Assembly (NCBI GenBank): GCA_013265495.1
Contig: MU058844.1
Span: 936,941 to 1,000,940, forward strand
Source of the DNA: Vicugna vicugna
Taxonomy: Eukaryota
Direction of reading: 5' to 3'
DNA length: 64,000 bases
This document shows positions 54,877 through 64,000 of this stretch, piece by piece. Below the pieces are notes generated by a model, which was not told where the DNA came from, did not search any database, and worked only from the letters and a program-made list of their open reading frames with translations. Within the stretch, counting starts at the first letter, position 1, and every line of letters starts with the position of its first letter. Made by a program: the position numbers and the translations under genes.

Positions 54877-55681
54877 GGAAGGTGCCCCTACACATAAAAT
54901 CTCCCCCACCTGCTTCCCGATGTTTAAAATTCCACTAACACGGCTGCATTGCTTGGCTTCAAGTCGTGTCCTGTCAAAATTCAAATACATTGGGGATAGA
55001 TTAGTAACACTGTAAGCCAAGCAGCCTGCCAGCCTGTCTGTCTTCCTTCTTCCATCCATCCTTTCCTTCAATAAATATTTTTGGAGATAGATTCTATCTA
55101 GCTGGGTAACTGGTGTGAGGTTAAAGGTAAAGAAGTGGTCTCTGCCCTCAGGAAGGTCTTGTTTCTGAACGGAGATGAATGTGAAAGAAATACAATACAG
55201 TGTTTTAGATACTATGATGGAGGCACTTGTGAAGTGTAAGGAAATCCAAAAGGGATAAATACACTGCTCTACTTGGAAAGATGAGTGTGAAAATCCCTTA
55301 AGCCTGAAGTCCTTCACACTTTAGTAAGAATGAACTGTAAAGTTTTCTTCCCCCCTAAGAGGTATATTTTGGTGATAGGATAAAAAGGTTGGGAGTCAGT
55401 GTGAATTCACTAGAATATCATAGAGAGGAAATGACAGCAAGGAAAAAAGTTTACAAAGAAAAACCTGGAATCAAAGTCTTAACACTGAGCTGATTGCCTA
55501 ACTGAGGGTAGACTGGGCCCTTCTCACATTAGTCTGCGTAACTGGGCAGGCAATGTGTTAAAAACACTAATAAAAAAAAATCAATAACCTTGCAAAAGGG
55601 TTTATATCTATTCTACAAGGGAAAAAAAGGTTGTTGTGATTGACTGACAGCCACAGAGGCAAGCATTTCTTAATTGAAAAT

Positions 55682-55903
55682 AAGAGCATCAGCAAACCTT
55701 TTCTATAAAGTGCCAGATAGTAAATATTTTAGGCTTTGTGAGCCATATAGTCTCTGTAGTGGCTACTCAATTCTGTGGTTGCAGTGTAAAAGTAGCCACG
55801 GACAGTATTTAAATGAATAGATGTGACTGTGTTTCAATACAACTTTATTTACAAAAACAGGTGGGCTGGATTTGGGTTATAGGACATAGTTTGCTAGCCC
55901 CTG
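55682..55903 (-). mobile_element. MER58A-like element
   Basis: GCAAACCTTTTCTATAAAGTGCCAGATAGTAAATATTTTAGGCTTTG...TAGTTTGCTAGCCCCTG. Confidence 0.8.
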
Positions 55904-57356
55904 GTTTATACCATTTGATAGGCATATTAAAGTTAAGTAAGTTTAAGTAAGTTTTAAACAAAGTTTAAGTAAGTTTTTTGAGGTGAGGCCCCCAGCTTCT
56001 CAATGGACAGCTGGGTCTCATGCAGAGCCCTTTTCTCTATATTATCTGACCACACAGCCAGGAAAGTAGCCATCTGAAGGAAATAGGCCTTTGAACAAAT
56101 GTCTGCTGAAAAGATTGAAGTGACAGGAAGAGAGGGAGCAAAAGACAGGCAGACAGAAGGTGTTTGCACCACAGAAGTTAGCTATTTACCAAAAATTCAT
56201 GCTTAAGGTGAATTTTTTGATTAAAAAAGGTGTAGACTGAGTGGTCTGTGGCTAGTGTAAAATTACTTCTTTTTAGTAGTAATGCATGAATGTTTATTTA
56301 ACGCATTAATTCACAGTTTATAGTTACTTAGTCTTTCATTTATTCATTCCACAAACATTGCCTATTACATGCCAAATATTGTACTAAGTCCTGGAGGAAC
56401 AATATTGAATAATTCTGGGTCATCACTAGATACCAAGATATCCAAATTACCTCCCCTCTGACTCCCTGTTGTGATTTTCTGTAACATTCCACTATTTTGT
56501 AATATATGACTGTAACACATTGAACCCCACAGAACTTTTTAAGGCTTCAAGCCCTATGACTAAGTTTTTCCTTTGAATTTTCAAAGACTATTTCTGTTAT
56601 TGACTCACAAAGATTCTGGAGGTCAATAAGTATTACCTGCATGTCAACTTTTACAAATGGCTTTGTGTATCCCATCACTTAACCTGCATGTCTGCTAATT
56701 CTATCTTATACTCAAAGCTGGACACAGACTTTACCTGCTCTAGGAAGCATTCCTTGATTGACTCTCAGATATATACCTCCATCCCTGATACCTACTCTAG
56801 TCAACTATCTACTCAAAATTGCCACTCAGATGTTCCATACATCTTCAAATTCAACATGTTCAAACTTATACCCCACCCACCTATATTCCCTTCTCCCCTC
56901 CAAGGTTACCCAGATCAGTGAATGGAACCATTTGCCACCCAGGAGTGCAAGCCAGAAGCTTGGAAGAAATTCTTGAAACTGTCTTCCCCTCACCCCTTGG
57001 GGTCTACTATTCACAAAGTCTAGGTAATTCTATCTTCTAAATATCTCTTGAACTGAGATACTTCTAACTCCACTACCTTCATCAGAGCCTAACGTACCAA
57101 CCTCTCACATCTAAACATTCTAATTGTTCTGCTGGTGTCCACTCTCATCTAAATCTCATGTCTACCCTGTAACTGTCTGATCATATCCATTCAACGGTTT
57201 CACTCTGCTGTTAGGGTAAGGAACAAATTTCTAAACACTCTGTTAGACTCTGCATGATGACTCTAACCAATATCACCTTTCTCTGACACTACTTTTTCAC
57301 TTTCTCTGAAACATCTGAATCAGGTGTCACTTTAGAGCTTTATTCTGGTTTGCACC

Positions 57357-57725
57357 TGTGGAAGATTTGCATTAATGGCCCCATTCTTCAGCAGCCCTTG
57401 TTCCCCACCCCTTGCCATGTAACACTTAAGTGCTCTCTCACTGCTGGTGACAATTTCCTGCCCCTGACTTCAGCCATGTGACTTGCTTTGGTCAGTAGAA
57501 TCAGACAAGGTACAGAGCCCAGGGTCCAAAATGCCTTGTATGTTTCCATTTAGCCTCCTGAACCTCTCTCTTCACCATAAGAACAAGCCCAGGGTAGCTC
57601 TTTGGTAGCATGAAAAGGATGAGGGACATGCGAAGTGGATCTACCCAGCTGAATCCAGTCTAGATCAACTGACCCCAATGGACACACAGATTTATAAGAA
57701 ACCATACCTGGTTGTTGTTTTAGGA
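57357..57725 (+). mobile_element. Old MaLR LTR (MLT1 family)
   Basis: TGTGGAAGATTTGCATTAATGGCCCC...CAGCCATGTGACTTGCTTTGG...TGTTGTTTTA. Confidence 0.6.
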
Positions 57726-58535
57726 CAATATTTTGCATTTGCCTATGGCTTTGTAAATATCCTCTATCTTAGTTGATATTTAGGTCAACTAGGGTTAGAA
57801 ACCACAAAAACTGCATAGATGAATCTCATCCTTCCTACTATGAACAGCAAACTCTTGCTCGAGGATTAAGGTCCAGTAATAAAACAATGGCTAATTGCCT
57901 GAGGATTCCTCCATGACTTCCCAAATGAAATGTGGGTTTTCCCACCAATCCCACAAAGTGGGTGGATGAAACCAGGCATGAATCTTTCCCTTGCTGCCAC
58001 AGAAGCTCTTTATCCACTGCCACAGCCTGGGGACGACGCTAAAAGTTCAGAGCTGGTTTCTGAAGTGACACAATCCATCTACATTTTGGATAAAGGCACA
58101 GTCTGTCATAACAGGCATTTTAAAGGTCGTCCTAGATTTAAACAGCACATTTTGTTTCTGTTATCCTTGTCTTCTGAATTTCTCTTTGAAAAGCTATTGA
58201 ATGTTTCTGGCCTTTAGATTTTCCCTACCTGACAAAACCTATTACTAGGTAGAAGTTAATTAAGCCACAGGGTTAAATCATTGACAATTCAAAATGAAAA
58301 CCACGGCCACCTGTGGCTGTCATATCTTGCCCCAAAAAGCCACACCACAATGCTGGGCTTACAAAGGAGACTCTTGAAATTAAGGCTTTTTCACCCATAA
58401 ATATGAAGAGTGACTTGGGGGCTGTAAAACAAAGTGCCCTTTAATTAATACACCATCAAGGTCGCTGTGTCACAACAAAAGTAAAGATGTAAACAGTCAA
58501 CAGACTTCATTGTCCCGGAGAAAATGAAGACATAC

Positions 58536-58558
58536 CTGGATTGATGCAATTCTTCTCT
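58536..58558 (-). CDS. PLEKHG7: PLEKHG7 23-nt micro-exon (REELHQS-R), intact
   Basis: tttatttcag|AGAGAAGAATTGCATCAATCCAG|gtatgt; matches human GEELHPSR as recalled; phase fits the next exon. Confidence 0.85.
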
Positions 58559-59019
58559 CTGAAATAAATTTTAAAAAATACATATTTTAGTTTTGCTCAA
58601 ACCCACCCCAAATTCCAAAGCAGACATCTTTAAAGGAGAGGCCGTTAACTTCCCTAGCTAAAATGTTTTGGATTTTTCTTTACGGAGGAGAGGGTGAGAA
58701 GATAAGAAACCTGAATAATTTGCTCTTTCTGCCCTTCTAAACCAGCCACACCAGGTTTTCCTCAAATGGCCTGGATTTGCAGGACGGCCATCTTTACTAT
58801 CCAACGCCTTACAGCGTCTCTAGCCTAGGTCCGTTCTTAAAGTGCCTTCAAGAATATAGAAGAAAGTGAGCTCGCCCTCCATTCTTCTACCCCAGACTAC
58901 TGCACCCCTCTTACTTGACAGCCACCTGTCCTAGACTGTGTGTCCCCTGGGCTGTGACTTGCTGCGCTCTCATCACAGCCCCTCACCCCCACCCTGCCCT
59001 CTGGGCAATATCGCAACCT

Positions 59020-59770
59020 GGAGACTACTGTGCTTTGCGCCCATAGGAGAGGCAGGAGGCTTAGAGCTGTTACCTGAGGTCCAAGGGGCCGTGGGGCGCC
59101 GCTGAGTGCTGGGGGGGCCTCCTCTCCCGGAAAGGAGGCCTAAGAACGCAGAGAGAGGCTGAAGCGCGAAAAGGGCACCCTCATCCCTAGGCCACATTTG
59201 TAGCCCAAACGAGTCAGTTGCGTTGAGGGCCCTTTCAGGGTCCGGAGGCAATCTTAAGCGCGGTCTCAAGGGCAATAGGGGGTGCGCAGGCTCCTCTGGG
59301 GTTCCAGCTGGAAAGTTAACAAGGGGAGTAGGCTGGCTCCTTCCGGCTTCCCCAACTCGGAATCTCCAAGGCGGCTGGCTGAGGCGGCGCGTGCGCAGAG
59401 CCTGACGCAGACCCGTGCGCAGCCTTGTGCGCAGCCCAGCGCGCAGCCCCACAGCTGTTGCCGCTTAACCTCCTCAAAGTGGGCGAGGTGGAAACTTGGC
59501 CTGGAGCTTGCCGATTAAAGTGGAGACGATTCCCAGGTTCTCACAGTGCTTCTTCGACAGGCTTTCCAGGGGGTGCCGAGGAGCGGTCCCGCAGCCTCGG
59601 GGCTGCACCCTTGGGACGGGCGGCTCCGTCTTCTCCACGCGGCTGAGAGGTCCGGCTGCTGGAAGCTTCCAGGGAACTCCCGCGTTGTTGCTGTTCTCCG
59701 GACCGCCCTGGGGCGGTTCCCTTTTGGCCTTCAGGTGCCTCTTATCCTCCGGTGTGTCCTCGTCCTTTTC
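59020..59770. promoter_or_regulatory. CpG-island-like segment with NRF1-like, MRE-like, half-CRE and GC-box motifs
   Basis: Visibly high GC/CpG density against a CpG-depleted background; TGCGCACGCGCC (minus, 59386-59397), TGACG (59403), GGGGCGG (~59710). Confidence 0.55.
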
Positions 59771-59800
59771 CAGAGGGTAATTACAAGCAGGTTGCTGCAT
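59074..59800 (-). pseudogene. PLEKHG7: PLEKHG7 large 5' coding exon (C12orf74-homologous), disrupted
   Basis: Acceptor ttcctcactaaag| at 59801, donor CAG|gtaac at 59074. Homologous peptides VEKTEPPVPRVQPRGCG, HFNRQAPGQVSTSPTLRRL and PERALNATDSF are separated by frame changes; TGA at 59474-59476, TAA at 59316-59318. Confidence 0.85.
59391..59450. repeat. Degenerate tandem repeat, 5 x 12 bp (consensus GTGCGCAGCCCC)
   Basis: GTGCGCAGAGCC / TGACGCAGACCC / GTGCGCAGCCTT / GTGCGCAGCCCA / GCGCGCAGCCCC. Confidence 0.85.
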
Positions 59801-59842
59801 CTTTAGTGAGGAAGAGCAGAATCTGTTGTCAACAAGGAGATG

Positions 59843-59905
59843 GAGGTGAGAAAAAAAAAAGGTGTTTGAAATCTGAGGTGAGAAAAAAAAAGGTGTTTGA
59901 AATCT
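59843..59905. repeat. Tandem duplication, 2 x 31-32 bp
   Basis: GAGGTGAG(A10)GGTGTTTGAAATCT followed directly by GAGGTGAG(A9)GGTGTTTGAAATCT. Confidence 0.92.
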
Positions 59906-62832
59906 CACATAAAAACTTGTGATTCATCAAGAGATAGGGAATACCTAGTGAACATTAGTATCTGTTATGTTTTGTAGATAATTAACATAAATGAGGCCAG
60001 CCTTTTCATCTAAATTGTTTACATGTTGAAATTTGTTTACTGTTAATATCCCTTCTAGGTTCAAACAAAAAAGCTTTAAAAAATGTTGGTGACTTAAGAG
60101 ACTTATTGGAAGCCACAAAGCCTTTTGATTATTCCATTTTGAGAGAATCAAATATACATTAAATTTTTCTTTCTGTCTTTCTTTTCTCTCTCTCTTTGGC
60201 ATATTCCAGGGATTGTAAGGATATAAGAACAAGATAAACAAGGCCCCTTCCCTCAGAATGAGACATGATTTAAACCATAATAATGCAGAGTATTTGGCAA
60301 AAGACATTCTACATTTTATCCATCCCATGTTCTAGAAAAGTAACTTGAAAGTTTGAAAAGAAAAAACCCAGATGCCACCCAGATACCCCGCCTCTCGTGT
60401 TTAAAGGTGTTTTCTATGATTCACTAATGCAGAATTACCTCCCAATTAAGCTCTTCTTATGTTGAAGCAAAGCTGAGTCTACAATTTGCCAACTTGATTC
60501 ATGGTGACATGGGAATGACTCACTTCTATTCTGTTATTTTGTCGTTTCCCATATGAAGAAAGTAGTGGCATGTGGGAAAGCATGAATCCTTATCCATCCT
60601 ATCAACTATTGCATAAGAGTCAACTGATTATTTGCAGACCTGGTGTGGGACTGCAGAGCAGATAATTCAGCCATCTTCCTGTGCCATGAAACATGGGAGG
60701 TGGTTTCAGACTGTGCATGGCTTGTTGGTGGATGGAATATCAGTAGTTGACCACATATTCTGGGATTTCCAATAATAACTTCAGCAAGTCTATAATTTTA
60801 CTGCAGTTTGGAACCCTTTGGGAGTGGACACATTTGGACAGCCAGATTTTAAGGATAGCTAATAATGTACTTTTTTACTGCTGTATAATTTAAATTGCAC
60901 TGATAACACTTTTTAGCAGAACTTTTTCTTTTGTGTATTATTTACATCCTCAACTTGATAATAGAGAACATTGAACACCAGTAGATCTTTTATTGATGAC
61001 CTGTTCTCCTATGTGGTTTGTCACTCCTAAGACTAGCTGAAATACAATATTATGACTATGTTTACTGTACTTCTATGGAGGATGCAATAATTGTTACAGG
61101 TTTTTTTCTTATATGATTTATGCACCGCACACAAAATGGCCTCACACTGATGTACTCCCTAGTTTTGATTCATTACTTCTCATCACAGTTTTGTACTTGC
61201 CTATGGCAGCCACTTTCTTTCCTTTAATTTGTTTTTTCTAATCTGTTTCAGGTGTAGTAATCCAATAACCTTGTGTTAAGAGAATTAATAGGTTCTGAGA
61301 TTTACTCTTGTCAGTAAGAGGGAGGAGCCTTGTGTCATGACATTGTCATAACAATGCTGTGACATTGATTTTGGAAATTTGGTGTTCTTTTATATTTACT
61401 GCCTGGCTCTCATCTGGTTTACAGCCAAATGAAACTAACAGGTACTGGGTTTTAGATTGGAGAGTTGTTCAAGGAACTACTTAGATACCAACTAAAGTCT
61501 GTTCGACTCTAAAAGAAATCTGCAATTCTTAACACTGGGTTTGCTTTAATATTTTGATCTGAGGGCTCAAGAGTTATAGAACTTCACATGTAGAACAAAA
61601 AATGCATGAGGTACCCTTACTTTAGGAAAGAAAGGAGAGAGTAATAGGAAACTTAGATTTTAGTTAAAATGGGTTTGAACTGCTTTTGATTTTAGATTGA
61701 TAAATTGATAACTGATAATTTCTGGCTGCTGCTAGCTTCATGGGAGAAGAATGAAAAGGCCCATTCTGACCATTGATGAAAACAGTTATATTAGGTCTCT
61801 TTTCAGGTCCTTTACTGGAGGGCAAGTTCTTCATTCTCCCGACAAACAGATGACTGAGCTGAGGAATAGAGTTACAGGTACTTCACACACATACACACCC
61901 AGGGGATTTTTATTATTTTCTCCTTCGTAGCTTTGTTCAAGTTCTAGGCAGCAACATGGTTAAAGGAGTTCAGTATATTTACATAGATACTTGCATAATA
62001 GTTCTGCCAGAATTCCTAGTCCTTTGGTTTCACCTCTGTTCTTGTGCCTTCTTTCTTCTCCTTAGAAGGGTTAAGACACTGCCTCAGATTTCCTTTCTAG
62101 TCATCCTGACATAGGGTGTGGCAGCCAGTAGACAGTTGTTATACCCAGTAGGACTTAAGGGTCATTAAGTATTATTTACTGCCCAGTGTCTCAAATATTG
62201 GAACTGAGGCAGTAGTAACTGCTGACACAACTTACCGCAGAACTAGAGAAACTTGAACTACAGCAGAGCTTTGGGAGGCCGTCTGCAGAGAAGGGGAGCC
62301 CAGGCTCTAGAGTAAATGGTCTGCTTGCTTGCTCTGTCTTTACCACCTCTGTGACCTTGGACAGGACAAGCCGTCCGCCACTGTCAGGCTTCAGGCCACA
62401 TATATGAAAGGATATTAAAGTACCTCCCTCAGAAGCTTCTTGCAGAGATAATGGCTGTGCCTTCTTGGAGGCCCTCTCTAAGTGATTATTCCCATGGAGC
62501 TGGTTAGAAGCCACAAGTTAACAGAAAAGTTCAGGCTAACACTTTTCTTTTACATTCCCTAAAAGACTAAATCAGTAAGTGATCATTATAAAGTCAGTTC
62601 ACCAGGTTTTGACCTAAGCTTTAAGAAGCCAGCAACCACCACCCACACTGTTGGGGTAACACAGTCTCAGTGTACTCGAAATTAAACCACACAGATTAAT
62701 GATTTATCCATTCTACTTAGACCTGATGAGAACAGCAAGGCAGGACCAAGAGAAGCTGGTAGCAGCAAAATCTGAACAAATGAGAAGTGTAAGAGGGAAA
62801 CCCAGACAGCAGCTGAACATCTCCTCTTATAC

Positions 62833-62990
62833 CTGTGGGGTGGTCTACCCCTGGAAGTGACATTGTCCAGGTGGGTCCAGACAAGGGAGTCAGTGGAACC
62901 ACACAACCAGCTGCCAGGTGAGGACTCGGAAGAACAGCTTCCACACTTGGAACAATGGACCCTCCTGGCCGAGTGCAGCAGGCATGCCTG
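62833..62990 (-). other. Candidate upstream non-coding first exon of PLEKHG7 (5' boundary unknown)
   Basis: GC-richer unique segment ending in donor-like CACAG|gtataag about 3 kb upstream of the 59801 acceptor; no transcript evidence. Confidence 0.25.
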
Positions 62991-63652
62991 CTTGATGTGA
63001 GCTGAAATTAGGAACTGACCTCTCCCTTCCTTAGAGACTTTTCTAGTTGTTTGTTTATGAAAAACCCTAAGGGGAAGCATGTTCTGAATCTAAGACTGCC
63101 TAAGGAAAAAGGCAGGTGATTTGTTTGTACTGAACAAAGGCTGATCCAATTCAGAAATGATGCAATTGTGGCGTTTTACTTCCCCTTCAGGTACTCAGAG
63201 ATCATCATTAATAGTTCAGCGAGACAGTTCTAGGTTTCTTTTCTGTTCATGTTGTCTAAAGTTGTGAGAAATCGTTCTTTAAAGCTTACTTTGCTCATAG
63301 CCTGAAACAGTTTTTGTGACTCTGTATACTTACTGGAGTGTTTTGATAAGCATTGAATAATAAAGGAAATGATCATTGTGCTTGGGAACACATTAATTTT
63401 CAAACAATTAAAATGCAAATGGAAAGGCATTTGTATCTGCCAGCATTTTCATTAGACAGTACCCCCAGAGAACCTTTATTTGGTGTCTAGGTAGCGATAT
63501 CACATACATTCCCAAGAATGTATGCTGTCTTAAAAAATATTTCTGTATCCTTTATAAAAACAAATTTGAATGAATTCTAATTCAGTCTAATTTACTGAAG
63601 TTTTCATTGCTTAGAATCATTACAGATACTTACTGTGAAGGTTTCCTTAGGT

Positions 63653-63835
63653 CAGTGGTTGTAAAAGTTGAGTCCCTGAATCAAGCATCAGCGTCACTTG
63701 AGAACTTGTTTGAAAGGCAAGTTCTTGCCCCGCCCCTACTCCTGAATCAGAAACTCTGAGGGTGGGGCCCACTGTCTATGTTTTAATAAGCTCTCCCCAC
63801 GATTCTTAGATGTGTTAAAAATTTGAGAACAGCTG
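63653..63835 (+). mobile_element. MER5A-like element
   Basis: CAGTGGTT...GCATCAGCGTCACTTGAGAACTTGTT...TGAATCAGAAACTCTG...TTTGAGAACAGCTG. Confidence 0.8.
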
Positions 63836-64000
63836 CTTTAATGGGGGGAAAAGGTCTAATTTATAGATGTTGGCCTTGTGATAACCTCTTCATTAGTCTT
63901 TAATCCTCTCATATTAGTCATATTAGAACATCATTTACTTAGAACTTTGAAAAATGACTCCACTTTCTCCCGTTACACCATCGTCACGTTCACCACCAAG

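Larger units (their letters stand above)
3360..59800 (-). pseudogene. PLEKHG7: PLEKHG7 (RhoGEF, DH + PH domains; includes former C12orf74 exon), intron-containing copy with multiple inactivating lesions; 3' end continues beyond left edge of window
   Basis: 14 exons in correct order with compatible phases whose translations match PLEKHG7 as recalled (RFYEHRRSSVVL, IFMNTL..LWRLFANLEEL, YCLNYSAAVFYLQSLRQRDDFG, WCEQNEQC..RLTRYPLLLKNIWK, CPSLTPELQTVIKEGG). Lesions at ~59530, 59316-59318, ~34693, 8568, 8508-8510, 5552, 5471. Confidence 0.92.

Noticed and set aside
54910..54970. AG/GT-bounded segment (RTRLEAKQCSRVSGILNIGKQ) in frame with the micro-exon
   Set aside because: The micro-exon joins directly to the RFYEHRR exon as in the recalled ortholog; this segment has no homology and ends in an incompatible phase.
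59391..59450. Regular repeat considered as a CRISPR-like array
   Set aside because: Mammalian DNA; contiguous 12-bp units with no spacers.
59838..59850. Plus-strand ATGGAG|gtgag as first exon of a divergent coding gene
   Set aside because: No downstream plus-strand exons with a credible reading frame in 59900-64000.

Overview
Mammalian nuclear DNA, most likely a camelid (one Vic-1-type tRNA-derived SINE; no ruminant or pig SINEs seen). The minus strand carries 14 exons homologous to the coding exons of PLEKHG7 (DH/PH RhoGEF, including the large 5' exon once annotated in human as C12orf74), from about 59800 down to 3360. The last two coding exons probably lie left of the window. This copy appears to be an unprocessed (unitary) pseudogene: frameshifts and stops in the 5' exon, a 1-nt frameshift plus Glu>Lys at the start of the DH domain, a CAG>TAG nonsense codon, three lost canonical splice dinucleotides and an in-frame deletion. 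The dead 5' exon is CpG-rich and holds a 5x12-bp tandem array with MRE/NRF1/CRE-like motifs, so it may have been recycled as a regulatory element (inference). Introns contain an ~11-kb stack of LINE-1 pieces with a SINE at one junction, other L1 fragments, MaLR and ERV1 solo LTRs, MER2/MER5/MER58/Tigger DNA-transposon relics, MIRs and a U6 snRNA retrocopy. Comparisons with human PLEKHG7 and repeat consensuses are from memory, not from a search. I found no novel multi-gene system; the gene loss is the main finding.
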